Shown here: piece by piece, positions 45,599 through 55,895 of the stretch
Numbering within the stretch: the first letter of the stretch is position 1
How the letters are laid out: each line of letters begins with the position of its first letter
IMG/VR virus record: IMGVR_UViG_2816332408_000001
Location: 1-64,000 of that record
DNA: 64,000 nt
Origin: an uncultured virus (IMG/VR IMGVR_UViG_2816332408_000001)
Taxonomy: Duplodnaviria; Heunggongvirae; Uroviricota; Caudoviricetes
Reading direction: 5' to 3' (one strand)
Notes under the pieces: model-generated
What the model was told of the DNA's origin: nothing
The model's input: only the letters and a program-made list of their open reading frames with translations
Databases searched by the model: none
Made by a program: the position numbers and the translations under genes

Positions 45599-48278
45599 AG
45601 CACAGACTATTGGATACAAGTATTACATCGGGATGCATTCCGTTGTATGCCACGGTCCAATCGACTTCGTAACGAAGTTCACTGTCGACGACCGCGTAGC
45701 GTGGGCGGGTGCTACCTCAGGCGGCTCCATCGGTGTGAGCGCCGAGTCCCTGTTTGGCGGTGAGTCGCGCGAGGGTGGTGTTAGCGGAACCGTCGATGTT
45801 ATGATGGGGTGGCCGACGCAACTCCAGAACAGCTACCTCGTCGCGAAGCTAGGCAACCGGATCCCAGCCTATCGCGGTGTGGTCAGCATTATTCACCGTC
45901 AGTGCTACATGGGGAACAATCCCTATCTGAAACCGTGGCGCTACCGGGGGCAGCGCGTTCAGGTGCGCCAGGACGGACAGCCTCAGTGGAATCCGAACCG
46001 CGCAGGCATCCTTGTGCAGGCTGGTGCAAACCTCCCGAACAAGACCGCTGTCAACCTTGTGGCAACTTCGTTCGGCAGCGCACCCTCGACCGTTTACAGC
46101 CCGGGGCGTGCGGGTGTCATTCGTATCAGCAAGCCTCGAGCGGCTGCCAGCGGCGGGTTGCTCACCTATGACGCATGGAGCGCCTGGAACAACGATGCAG
46201 GCATCGGTGGAGGTAACTCCCCGGTCCCAGGCCAGACCTGGACGAATCAGTTCCAGGTGCTGGCACGGAACGGCGCAGGCAGCTTCGTAAGCATCTTCAG
46301 CGGTAACGACCTCGGGATGGACCCGAACCTGTATGCAACGGCCGATGAAGCCTACGCAGCGGCGGACGCACTGCTCCCCATCACCTTCACCGGGTGGGAC
46401 GAGTATAAGGTCCAGGCAGCGTTCGATAACAACCCCGGCGACAACCGTGGCGGTCTGTCCCTGATCGTTGAGACCGGCAGCGGAACGATCGACCTTAACG
46501 GCGCGCACATCATCCGGGAATGCCTCACTGACCCCGATTGGGGCATGGGCTATCCCGAGAGCGATGTCGATGACGATTGGTTCGGTGCAGCAGCGAACAC
46601 CATCTCAGCCGAGGAGCTGGGGATCTCCCTGCTATGGGACAAGCAGATCCTTATCGACGCCTTCATTCAGGAGATTGTGAAGCACATCGACGCGGCGCTG
46701 TATGTGTCGCGCACGACGGGCAAGTTCGTGTTGAAGCTAATCCGCGGGGACTATAACCCCGACGACCTTATCACACTGGACGAGTCGTGCATCTCCCGCA
46801 TCGAAGATCCCTCGCGTCCCAGCTTCGGTGAGCTCACGAACAGCGTCACGGTCAACTATTGGGATCACCAGACCGGCAAGGATGCGTCGCTCACTGTAAC
46901 CGACACCGCCATGGCGCTGGTTCAGGGTGCGGTCATCAACACCCCCGTTCAATATCCGGGGTTCAGCAACGCACGCAACGCGACCATCGCGGGGCAGCGC
47001 GATCTGCGGGCGCTCAGCTCACCGATGCTCAACTGCACCATCTATGTCGACAGCACCGCTGAAGACCTTAACGTAGGCGATGTGTTCAAGCTCAACTGGA
47101 GCAAGTGGGGCATCTATCAGCTTGTTATGCGTGTCACCAGCTTCGCGCTTGGCAACGGCAAGTCGAACCAGATCAAGCTGACGTGCGTTCAGGACATCTT
47201 CGATACGACGACAAAGACTGCGGTCGCTGAGCCTGGCACAGGCTGGGAAGACCCGTCGCAGCCCCCGGGGCCGTCCGTCGACAGCTTGGCGCAGGAGCTT
47301 CCCTATTACGAACTCGTTCAGACGGGTGGGCAAGCGCAGACCGACAGCAACCTCGTCAACAAGCCCGACAGCGGCTATGTCATGGGCGCTGCACCCCGCC
47401 CGACCGGCGGTATCAATGCGCGCATGTGGACCGATAGCGGTAACGGCTATGAATCCATCAACACCCTGGACTTCTGCCCCTACTGCGAACTGACGGTGGC
47501 GGTAGGCAAGATGGAGACAGTGTGGTCAACCACGGGCGGTCTCGACATGGACACCGTCCTGGCAGGCCAGCACGCGCAGATCGGTGACGAGATTGTGCGG
47601 ATCGACGCGGTGGACACGGTTGGCAACACCATCACCGTTGGGCGCGGTGCGCTCGATACCGTTCCGCAGGACCACGCCGCAACCGATTCAATCTTCGTAT
47701 GGGATCTTAACTACGGTGCCGACCCGACCGAATATGTTGCAGCAGAGGTCGTGGACGTTAAGATCCAGCCAGTGTCCGGTTCAGGCACGGTCGACCTCGG
47801 TCTGATCACCGAACGCACCGTTACCCTTGACGGTCGCGCCTGGCGCCCCTATGCTCCGGGCCAGTTTAAGGTCAACGGTCTGTATTACGATACGAGCGTC
47901 GACTACAGCGGGGNGCTCACCCTCACGTGGGCGCATCGCGATCGGTTGGAGCAGACTGGTGGCACCATTGTTGACCACACCATGGGCGACATCGGTCCCG
48001 AGCCAGGCACCCTGTATCGCGTGCAGGGTTATGTCGACGATGTGCTTGTGCATACCGAGGACGACATCGCAGGAACGACCGCGTCGTGGGATCCAGGTCT
48101 TGACGATGGGGTTGAGTCCGGCACGGTTCGCGTCGAGGTTCACGCCAAGCGCGACGGGGTGTATTCATGGCAGGCACCGTGGCATGAGTTCCTGTATGGC
48201 GCAGCCGGCCAGCGGGTAACTGAAGAGAATGACGGTCGTGTCACCGAGGGTGACGAACTACGGGTTACGGAGGACTAA
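45582..48278 (+). CDS. Central tail tip / host-specificity protein
   Basis: GGKSKAQTIGYKY, LFGGE.REGG, PAYRG, AHIIRECLT, LKLIRGDY, GRGALDT. Confidence 0.88.
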   Translation: MGGKSKAQTIGYKYYIGMHSVVCHGPIDFVTKFTVDDRVAWAGATSGGSIGVSAESLFGGESREGGVSGTVDVMMGWPTQLQNSYLVAKLGNRIPAYRGVVSIIHRQCYMGNNPYLKPWRYRGQRVQVRQDGQPQWNPNRAGILVQAGANLPNKTAVNLVATSFGSAPSTVYSPGRAGVIRISKPRAAASGGLLTYDAWSAWNNDAGIGGGNSPVPGQTWTNQFQVLARNGAGSFVSIFSGNDLGMDPNLYATADEAYAAADALLPITFTGWDEYKVQAAFDNNPGDNRGGLSLIVETGSGTIDLNGAHIIRECLTDPDWGMGYPESDVDDDWFGAAANTISAEELGISLLWDKQILIDAFIQEIVKHIDAALYVSRTTGKFVLKLIRGDYNPDDLITLDESCISRIEDPSRPSFGELTNSVTVNYWDHQTGKDASLTVTDTAMALVQGAVINTPVQYPGFSNARNATIAGQRDLRALSSPMLNCTIYVDSTAEDLNVGDVFKLNWSKWGIYQLVMRVTSFALGNGKSNQIKLTCVQDIFDTTTKTAVAEPGTGWEDPSQPPGPSVDSLAQELPYYELVQTGGQAQTDSNLVNKPDSGYVMGAAPRPTGGINARMWTDSGNGYESINTLDFCPYCELTVAVGKMETVWSTTGGLDMDTVLAGQHAQIGDEIVRIDAVDTVGNTITVGRGALDTVPQDHAATDSIFVWDLNYGADPTEYVAAEVVDVKIQPVSGSGTVDLGLITERTVTLDGRAWRPYAPGQFKVNGLYYDTSVDYSGXLTLTWAHRDRLEQTGGTIVDHTMGDIGPEPGTLYRVQGYVDDVLVHTEDDIAGTTASWDPGLDDGVESGTVRVEVHAKRDGVYSWQAPWHEFLYGAAGQRVTEENDGRVTEGDELRVTED

Positions 48279-49160
48279 ATGGCAGGGAAGTCAATCAGCC
48301 AGATGGAGGCGGCGGACCTGCCTCTGCTCGGCACAGAACTGGTCGAGGTTGCGGCGCTGGATCTTGCTATCAAGATCACAGCCACGACGATCAGTGCAAC
48401 CGCGTCCGACAACAGCTATAACGATTCCGGAAGCGGATTCGTTACGGCGGGGTTCGCACTGGGCGACCGCGTCAACGTGACAGGGTTCACCGGGGATGTA
48501 GCGAACAACATCGTCTCGGGTGTTATCACTGCACTCACGACCGGCAAGATGACGATTGGTGGAACCGACGGTGACGTCATTGTTGACGATGCGGCAGGCG
48601 AGTCTGTGACGATCACCAAGTGGACCAGCAAGGCAGCGCCCACCTCGGAGCTTGGTGGCGGAGGAGGGGGTGGCGGGGGNAGCGCCTGGACTATCGACCT
48701 CATTCCGTTGCAGGCGGAAATGCCCGACTTCGCTTATGCGCAGTTGAACGGTCGCAATCAGCGTCCTGTGATCACCTTCGACACCACAACTCAGGAGACC
48801 ATCTTCTGGACCCGCGTCCTCCCCGCTGACGATCCGGGTGCGGGCATTGTGGTCACGCTTTACGTCGCAGCGCAGTCCGCCACCAGCGGAACGATCGGCT
48901 GGGACGTAGCGTTCGAGCGTGTCGACGCAGGCGGGTTGGACGTGGACTCGGATAGCTTTGCGACCGCCAAGACGATCACCGCTGCCACGGTGCCCGGCAC
49001 TGCTGGCGTCACCATGACGCAGACGGTCACGTTCAGCAACAGTGAGATCGATGGGCTGGTCGCGGGCGAGATGTTCCGCATCCGTATCCGTCGCGATGTC
49101 TCGAACGACACTGCAACGGGTGACGCCCATCTGCTCATGGTCAATCTGCGGGGAGCCTAA
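48279..49160 (+). CDS. Tail fibre / receptor-binding protein
   Basis: Beta-rich domains joined by poly-Gly linker. Confidence 0.7.
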   Translation: MAGKSISQMEAADLPLLGTELVEVAALDLAIKITATTISATASDNSYNDSGSGFVTAGFALGDRVNVTGFTGDVANNIVSGVITALTTGKMTIGGTDGDVIVDDAAGESVTITKWTSKAAPTSELGGGGGGGGXSAWTIDLIPLQAEMPDFAYAQLNGRNQRPVITFDTTTQETIFWTRVLPADDPGAGIVVTLYVAAQSATSGTIGWDVAFERVDAGGLDVDSDSFATAKTITAATVPGTAGVTMTQTVTFSNSEIDGLVAGEMFRIRIRRDVSNDTATGDAHLLMVNLRGA

Positions 49161-49161
49161 G

Positions 49162-49833
49162 ATGGCATTTGTATCTTCTGGCTCCGGCGGGGGTTACGGC
49201 ACAACCGGATGGACCATGGCTGGCGATCAGCTAACCATGACCATCTGGCTTCGGACCACGCAGACGACGCTGAACGCCATTCCCTTCGGCAAGTGCAACG
49301 GTGCAACCCAAGGCGGGCCATCAATTGTGATGAACAACCCATCGGCAGGCAAGTATCTGCTCTATGCGAAGGAAGGCGGGAGCGAACCCGTCAAGGGCAC
49401 CAGCACGTCGACCAACTTGTTCAACGACGGGGAATGGCACAACTTTATCATCCGTTACGATCGTCGGTCGGGTATGCCGAACGAAGTGTGGCTCGATGGA
49501 GTGCTTGATATCCAAGTGAATGCGACAGGCAACATCACCAAGTCGGGTGATGGTATCACGGCAGGCCGCTCGAACGATGGCTTCTGGAACGGGTTCAACG
49601 GCGACCATGCTTATATGGCAGCCTGGGACAAGTGGCTCGACGACGATGAAGTGCAGATGATTGGCACGCACCGCGTCAATCCTGGGCTGGTGGCTCGCAG
49701 CAAGTTGATGTTCTACGTCCCTTCGCATCAAGCTCTGCGTCAAGCGTGGACCCCCGGCGGATTCGGTGGAACGATTGGCTCCCCCGGCAACAGCCCGCAA
49801 CCCAATGTGCGGGGAGTGTGCTGCCAGCACTAA
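49162..49833 (+). CDS. LamG/ConA-like lectin-domain protein
   Basis: T.TIW.RT, NDGEWH, VWLDG, FNG, WDKWL. Confidence 0.75.
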   Translation: MAFVSSGSGGGYGTTGWTMAGDQLTMTIWLRTTQTTLNAIPFGKCNGATQGGPSIVMNNPSAGKYLLYAKEGGSEPVKGTSTSTNLFNDGEWHNFIIRYDRRSGMPNEVWLDGVLDIQVNATGNITKSGDGITAGRSNDGFWNGFNGDHAYMAAWDKWLDDDEVQMIGTHRVNPGLVARSKLMFYVPSHQALRQAWTPGGFGGTIGSPGNSPQPNVRGVCCQH

Positions 49834-49866
49834 GATTTCGGTAGCGCCGGGGCTGGGGGCGCGAAA

Positions 49867-49896
49867 GGGGTGCTGCCGCCACTTGGGTAGCACCCC
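49867..49896. terminator. Hairpin at convergence of late and replication arms
   Basis: AGGGGTGCTGCC...GGTAGCACCCCT. Confidence 0.5.
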
Positions 49897-49935
49897 TAAC
49901 CGATCGCCGCTGTAGCCGGCTTAAAACGGCCCGCC

Positions 49936-52170
49936 TTATGCAGCTTCAGCCGGAAGTGCTGCAATGTCCCGCAGCATACGCACCGCCTCATTGATATACC
50001 AGTCGTGATCCACGTCTTGAGGAACGACCATGTTATCATTGAAGGCCATGCAGGGCATCGCGCCGTCCGAGCGAGGCACCTTGTTCCCACTGAGCGCATA
50101 GACCAGCTCACCGGGGACGTCCTTGGCGTAATACCAGCGGACAGTCTTGCCAACGAACTCAGTCTCGCCTGGCACCGCTAGGCGCTCGCACGCGATGCGA
50201 TACGCCTTCTCGGTTGTGATAGCGTAGCGACCGACCGCGTCATAGCTACCCTTCTCGACCCAAGACCCCTCAGCGAACGGGGTGTAACCCGCCCGGTCGA
50301 TAAGCTCCTCTTGCGAGTCATGCGCGGGGACGTTGCTGCTCCACACCTTCACCGCGCCACCCTTCACCGACCGCACCGTGACGAACTTGCGAATGTCATT
50401 GGCTGCGCGAATGGTGTGGTCAAGCGGGGTGCCCTTCGTCAGGAACGCCTCAACAGCCTCGACGCAGATCGTTGTCGTCGGGTTCTTGTGCAGGCGCATG
50501 GCGAGGTTCTTGCTGTCACTCCATGGGTTGGCGTAGGCACCCTTGGACTTAATGCCGTCGGGGATCTCCAGCCAGCTGTTCGTTGCCTTGTCGAACTTCT
50601 GCTTGACCGCGATGTAGTTATTCACGTCACGCGAATAGAGCGACAGGTAGCGGGTCTCTTCTGTTTTGTATTGTGTGATCCGCTCCCATTCAGCAACGAT
50701 CCAGTTGAACAGCTCCATATTGTTCCGCGGACACTTAATAACGATGCCGTCGGTATTGGCGCTGACCACATGGATGCCGCGCATTTCCAGCATCTCGATC
50801 AGTAGCAGGATGCTCAGCTGACCCGTCAGTGTCGTCTGGATCAGGAAGTTCGGTGCATAGAGGATGGAATACTTGCTGCCGAACTTGCCGAACGACCCGT
50901 TGATGACAATCTTGAGCGACTCAGCGACGGGCTTGTTCCCGTCCGCTTTCGCCTTCAAGCGCCGCTCAACGATGGNGCGGTAAACGTGCAGGAACTCCGG
51001 ACCCAAGTGCTCTGGATACATGCCCTGATTAAGGATGATGCGCGGGTAGAACGACTCGACGTCCTTGTCGATCATAATGTAGTTCGCGTCGGTGTGGTGG
51101 GCGACCGTGCTTTCACTGCTATGCAGCCCGCCAATCCCCATGCGGTAAACCGACCCCATGATGTCCAACTGGAGGTCTTTAATCTCCTCGGGCATCGCAA
51201 TGGAGCCAGTGTAGTCAACGACGAACTTCGCCTTGGCGACAACCCCTAGCGCCCACTGCATGAGCGGGGAGTTGAACTTCATCCACGGGGGCACCTGATA
51301 GCGGTATGTGGTGCCTACCTCGATCTCAGGACGCTTGGGGCGAATCCCCGTGCGGCGCTGTAGCTCGGCGGACATAACCGCTTCAGCGATCTGCGCGTCC
51401 GACTTGGACCGCAAGTCAACCTTGTATTCGTTCGACAGGGTATAGCGGAGCTCTATCTGCTCCTTGAGCGTCTCCCGTAGGAGAGCGGTGTTGTGCGTGT
51501 CGTTGACGCAATACCAGCGCACGATCGCAATCTGGTGCGGGCTTAGGATGGTGGCAGGGTGGAACGGCAAGTCCTGCATCTTCTTGGCGTGCATCCGTCC
51601 TGCATAACCCTTCAGGGAGGCGAACAGGGGTGCAACCTCGATAAGATCGATATGATCCACCTTCAGGTTGCCACCCTTGGCGTGCTTGCGGCGCACATCC
51701 TGCCCGCGCATCTCCTCCACAATGATCATGTCGGAGCACTTCTTCAGCTGCGAGCAGCTAAGGCCAGCAACCGCCATCTCGCACATGGGGATGTCGTAGT
51801 TGATACCGTTGAAGGTGACGCAAGTGTATGTCTCGAGCATCCAGCGGAGCTTGCGGGTGTCAAGCGGGGGCAACCCATCACCCATCTCCACCAACGCAAT
51901 CTTGCCTGTGACGAGGTTCGTGAACACGACTAAGAAGTAGTTCCCATAACACTCGACGTCGGTGAGCATTTCCTCACGACGCTGCCGCGCTATGGCAAGC
52001 TCTTCGATGGACATAAACTGGACCGGGAACTCCAGCGCCTCTTTCAGGCCTGGGAGGTAGTCCGGTCGGAGCCAGGTTGGCTCGGGTGGGACACGCTTGA
52101 GCTTTTCAGCTTTGGGCGCCTTGGGTGGCGGGGTGTCATCCCAAAAGAATCCGACTGCATCGTTACGCAT
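49936..52170 (-). CDS. DNA polymerase, family B
   Basis: Exonuclease DVECY, FNGINYD; polymerase DVESFYP, KIVINGSFGK, SANTDG. Confidence 0.93.
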   Translation of the reverse strand: MRNDAVGFFWDDTPPPKAPKAEKLKRVPPEPTWLRPDYLPGLKEALEFPVQFMSIEELAIARQRREEMLTDVECYGNYFLVVFTNLVTGKIALVEMGDGLPPLDTRKLRWMLETYTCVTFNGINYDIPMCEMAVAGLSCSQLKKCSDMIIVEEMRGQDVRRKHAKGGNLKVDHIDLIEVAPLFASLKGYAGRMHAKKMQDLPFHPATILSPHQIAIVRWYCVNDTHNTALLRETLKEQIELRYTLSNEYKVDLRSKSDAQIAEAVMSAELQRRTGIRPKRPEIEVGTTYRYQVPPWMKFNSPLMQWALGVVAKAKFVVDYTGSIAMPEEIKDLQLDIMGSVYRMGIGGLHSSESTVAHHTDANYIMIDKDVESFYPRIILNQGMYPEHLGPEFLHVYRXIVERRLKAKADGNKPVAESLKIVINGSFGKFGSKYSILYAPNFLIQTTLTGQLSILLLIEMLEMRGIHVVSANTDGIVIKCPRNNMELFNWIVAEWERITQYKTEETRYLSLYSRDVNNYIAVKQKFDKATNSWLEIPDGIKSKGAYANPWSDSKNLAMRLHKNPTTTICVEAVEAFLTKGTPLDHTIRAANDIRKFVTVRSVKGGAVKVWSSNVPAHDSQEELIDRAGYTPFAEGSWVEKGSYDAVGRYAITTEKAYRIACERLAVPGETEFVGKTVRWYYAKDVPGELVYALSGNKVPRSDGAMPCMAFNDNMVVPQDVDHDWYINEAVRMLRDIAALPAEAA

Positions 52171-52221
52171 AATTGTCTCCGGAGACCATATAGCGGGCCG
52201 TGGCGCTGAGTGTTGTGGAGA

Positions 52222-52371
52222 TTAACGGTTGTTGGCAGAACGCTTCACATGCTTCTTCGTCTCCTTCATAGTGCCGTTGCAGGTCGGACAACCCTTGTGG
52301 TCACCCTTGCCAGCGCGATACAGGTTGCCGCATGTCATGCACTTGACTTTGCGTCCTGATGTTTTCGTCAT
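52222..52371 (-). CDS. 49-aa Zn-ribbon peptide, absent from ORF track
   Basis: CMTC...CPTC; ATGA coupling, GGAG RBS. Confidence 0.6.
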   Translation of the reverse strand: MTKTSGRKVKCMTCGNLYRAGKGDHKGCPTCNGTMKETKKHVKRSANNR

Positions 52372-53387
52372 CTGGTTGATACTCCGGTGGCGCTGAATTG
52401 CTGCCCCTCGAAGTGGCTGCGCATACCAATGATGGCACCGCGCATGACCCCGCCGAAGAACATCGCAGGCTCGGGGTATAGCGTGAAGTCGGCCTGCTCC
52501 ACAACCCCGTTCAGCAGCGCAAACATCGCAATGTTATAGCATCCAACGAACTCTAGCCCGTCAACCTCAAAGGATGCACCCTCCTCACGCTCAACCGTGT
52601 CCTCGTGGGTCGTGAGCAGTCCGTTGTTGATATAGATGCGGTTGCTCCCGTCCGACAGCGCCTTCAGCTTGTCGATTGCGGTGAACAGCTCCTGAGGAAT
52701 GGGAACGGGGGCGCTGGGCACGTTCAGGATCTTCTTGATTAGCTCCAACGGCCACTCAATCCCGAGTAGCTGGCTACGGATCCACCGACCGTCGTTATAG
52801 TGGAACGTGATGGAGTTCCCCGCGATCTGCGCACCGATGGGCGCTTCGTCGACGCGCAGCATTTCCTTGATGCACGCCTTGGGGATGTTGATCTGCTTGG
52901 GGAAGGGTGCTGCCAGCCAATACTCAACGACGCAAGTGTTGTTCGTAGCGTAGGCTGACTGACCGTCGAGCAGGATACCAGCCGACCACGGACGAGAGGC
53001 GTCGTTACCGATGAACGGATACATCAACTTGAACGCCTTCAGCATGGTCTCGCCATCGAATTGCAGGGGGTCGCCCTCGGGTCCGACGTGCGGGGTCTCA
53101 CCGTCCACTAGCTGAGCAAACCCCGTGAACTTGCCGCTCTTGATGCGCAGCTTGCCGCCGGGGGTCGTCGACAGGATAATCGGTTCGCTATCGTCGCACT
53201 GCTGAATCGCCTTCACAAGCTGGTCTGCCTTGGGGCAACAGTTGATGTCGAAGGGGATTGGGCTGCTGATCGCCAGCGTGCCGTTATAGGAACGCACCGT
53301 GCCGTTCTCGATGCGGAAGTGCGTCATCGCAGGCAGCAAGTCCTTCTTGGCGACTGCACCCTGGACGAACTTCAATTCCTTCAGCAT
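52368..53387 (-). CDS. Beta-clamp-like processivity factor
   Basis: Resembles DnaN repeats (AVAKKD.LP, D.SRPW..GILL, ATN); adjacent to PolB. Confidence 0.8.
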   Translation of the reverse strand: MLKELKFVQGAVAKKDLLPAMTHFRIENGTVRSYNGTLAISSPIPFDINCCPKADQLVKAIQQCDDSEPIILSTTPGGKLRIKSGKFTGFAQLVDGETPHVGPEGDPLQFDGETMLKAFKLMYPFIGNDASRPWSAGILLDGQSAYATNNTCVVEYWLAAPFPKQINIPKACIKEMLRVDEAPIGAQIAGNSITFHYNDGRWIRSQLLGIEWPLELIKKILNVPSAPVPIPQELFTAIDKLKALSDGSNRIYINNGLLTTHEDTVEREEGASFEVDGLEFVGCYNIAMFALLNGVVEQADFTLYPEPAMFFGGVMRGAIIGMRSHFEGQQFSATGVSTR

Positions 53388-53562
53388 TCGTGCGCTCCAT
53401 ACTTGTCCACGAGCTTCTTGATCATCGGGGACTTCCAGGTTTTACCGTAACGCTCGATGACGAGCCCTAGCTGCATTCTACGGTGAATGTGGCCGTGTCG
53501 CAAGCTAGTTCTGCAGACATAGAGCAAAGTATTCAGCTTCAGGCGCCTCGCGTCGGGGCGCA

Positions 53563-54525
53563 CTAGAAGAGCTCCGCGCTGCGCACCCTGAACGTCGGGC
53601 TGGCGTTGGCATTCATAAGGCTGTTGACCACACCGAACGCCCAAAGGTTGTATGCAGCGCGTGACTCATAGATCTGGCTTAGGCGTTCGTAGGTGAACCC
53701 GTTGTCCTCTAGCGTCTTATAGACGTAGTCACATTCAACTTGCGACAAGGTTGTGGCGTGCTGTCCCCAATCGTGCCTCGACGGGGACTTCTCTGAGACC
53801 GACATTGGCATAGCAGGGTTCTTGGCGCTAATGCCCGGCATGATAATACTGCCGAACGCTGCGCTCTGGATCCAGGAGGACGAGTCGCAGCTATACCACG
53901 GATAGGCCTCCATGATCGGAACGGCAGTGATGCCGAAGCCATGCACCTTAACCCTTGGGCGCCCTGCACCGTCAGTGAGGTATTTGTCCCACATACGGTC
54001 GAGCCAGACCATTAGCTGGGCGGTGCTGCTCCCGACCATGCCACCGAGCGTGATATAGTCGTATTCGTTCACATACCGCTCGAGGTAATGCTCGGGTTCC
54101 CCAGCGTGGAAGCATGGGAGGGGGCGCCAGTCGAGACCGTAGCGTTCCCGGAACTGGCGCTCCATCTCTTGCTGGTTCCGCCACGTCTCGTCTGCGTCAC
54201 CGATACCGTCGAGCACCGACGCCATCATGTTGCCCGGTCCCTCACCGCGTATGATATCCCAATTGCGGACGATGTAGTCCACATAATCGCTCACCTCCAG
54301 CTTGATGCCCAAGGTGTATGCGGAGAACGCACCGCTATCGAGGAAGACCTGAGCGCCGAGGCGACGCATGTGGTCAACATAGGATTGCTTGCCAACGTAG
54401 TGCCACGACTCAAGGATGTGCGGGAGACCATTGACGATCTCCCGCTCCCGGTCGTTCAGCTTCACGTAGCGATTCATGCCCTCCATATACGAGTTCGTAT
54501 AGACGGCAGCCATGTAGATATCCAT
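53563..54525 (-). CDS. dpdA: DNA 7-deazaguanine transglycosylase (TGT-like)
   Basis: FLDSGAFS, PCFH.GE, LGG, VHGFG, SCDSSSW; in que cluster. Confidence 0.88.
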   Translation of the reverse strand: MDIYMAAVYTNSYMEGMNRYVKLNDREREIVNGLPHILESWHYVGKQSYVDHMRRLGAQVFLDSGAFSAYTLGIKLEVSDYVDYIVRNWDIIRGEGPGNMMASVLDGIGDADETWRNQQEMERQFRERYGLDWRPLPCFHAGEPEHYLERYVNEYDYITLGGMVGSSTAQLMVWLDRMWDKYLTDGAGRPRVKVHGFGITAVPIMEAYPWYSCDSSSWIQSAAFGSIIMPGISAKNPAMPMSVSEKSPSRHDWGQHATTLSQVECDYVYKTLEDNGFTYERLSQIYESRAAYNLWAFGVVNSLMNANASPTFRVRSAELF

Positions 54526-54542
54526 GACGCTACGTTACCCCA

Positions 54543-55430
54543 TTAGCGCGCGAGCTGCAAGAACTCATTGCGGACAGCGGGGTCATCCTTGAACAGACCC
54601 CGAAGGGCACTGGTCGACGTCTCCGAGCCTTGCTTGCAGATCCCTCGGGACTCCATGCAAAGGTGGCGGGCGGTGATAACGACACCGCAGCCCAGCGCGC
54701 CAAGGTGATCCATGATCGCGTCCGCAACCTGACACCCGAGCCGCTCCTGCACTTGCAGACGCTTGGCGTAGATGTCCAACAGACGCGACAGCTTCGACAG
54801 GCCAACGATCTTCTTGTTCGGGAGATAGCCGATGGTCGCCGTGCCGAAGAACGGTGCCATATGATGCTCGCAGTGCGTATAGAAGGGGATGTTCTTCACG
54901 ACGACCATCTCGTCCACACCCTCGGCGCCGTCCTCGAACGTCTTCAGGATGTCGGCGGGGTCCTTGTCATATCCGCTGCACCATTCCTTCCACGCCTTGG
55001 CAACCCGTGCGGGGGTTTCCGCCAGACCGCCTCGGTCGGGGTTCTCGCCGACGTATTGCAGCAGGCGAACGATATGGTCCTCGATGCCCTTGGACCCGTT
55101 GCCTTCCCACGGCCAGACGACCCATGCGTCTCCGTGCGCCCAGCTACGCTTGTCGATAAGCGCGTAGAACGGCTTGTCGGGGAAGCGTTCCATCGTGCGA
55201 CCCGTGTCGATTAGGTCATCGATGATAGCGTCCGCCTTGGTCCAGTCCTCTTCCACAACGAACACCGAGTCGTCATCGAGCGCGAACACTGCGAGGCGCG
55301 CCGGGATGCCACCAGTGGGCACCGCGTAGAGCTTGATCGGCCGTGTAGTCGGGAAGTCGGTGAGCAGCTTGTTCTGAACCTCCCCAGCCAGATCGAGGAC
55401 GCTCATCGTATCATAGGTCTGCTCAGCCAT
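54543..55430 (-). CDS. folE: GTP cyclohydrolase I with N-terminal purine phosphoribosyltransferase-like domain
   Basis: ETPARVAK, CEHH, GLSKL.R, QVQE, HLCM..RG; N-terminal IIDDLIDTGRT, WVVWPWE. Confidence 0.93.
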   Translation of the reverse strand: MAEQTYDTMSVLDLAGEVQNKLLTDFPTTRPIKLYAVPTGGIPARLAVFALDDDSVFVVEEDWTKADAIIDDLIDTGRTMERFPDKPFYALIDKRSWAHGDAWVVWPWEGNGSKGIEDHIVRLLQYVGENPDRGGLAETPARVAKAWKEWCSGYDKDPADILKTFEDGAEGVDEMVVVKNIPFYTHCEHHMAPFFGTATIGYLPNKKIVGLSKLSRLLDIYAKRLQVQERLGCQVADAIMDHLGALGCGVVITARHLCMESRGICKQGSETSTSALRGLFKDDPAVRNEFLQLAR

Positions 55431-55893
55431 TGTTCTCTCCGTAGTAAATGGCGCTGTTGGCGCCGTGTTCGCGAACTTCGACAGACACAAGGCGCAAGCC
55501 CCGGATGTCGCACTCGAGGGGCATTGCATCGCCCAGCCACGTATCGACGCGGTCATAGACGAACTTGGCGAACCCTTCGCACCCGACGAACGGGAGCACA
55601 AGGATCGGGGTGAACCCGCACTTCTCGTAGAGGGCTTGGAAGTCCGCCAGGAACGGGTCGTGCTCCGCCAGGATCATCCGATGGTCGAAGTTGTCCACCA
55701 GCCATTGCTTGATGGGCTTCAACCCGCCGAAGTCGATCACCCAATTGTCCCGGTCGAGGGTGTGGGCACTGAACGTCAGCTTGAACGACAGGGGGTAGCC
55801 ATGGGGGTTGCAGCAATGGCTGAGCGCCTTCGGCTGGCGGAACGTAGCGGCGAGCCCGAGGTTGTGGTCATAGGTTTTCGTGACTGAATACAC
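55423..55893 (-). CDS. queD: 6-carboxy-5,6,7,8-tetrahydropterin synthase
   Basis: C..PHGY, WVIDFGGLK, FDH, E.FA, VREH..NSA. Confidence 0.92.
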   Translation of the reverse strand: MYSVTKTYDHNLGLAATFRQPKALSHCCNPHGYPLSFKLTFSAHTLDRDNWVIDFGGLKPIKQWLVDNFDHRMILAEHDPFLADFQALYEKCGFTPILVLPFVGCEGFAKFVYDRVDTWLGDAMPLECDIRGLRLVSVEVREHGANSAIYYGENNG

Positions 55894-55895
55894 GG

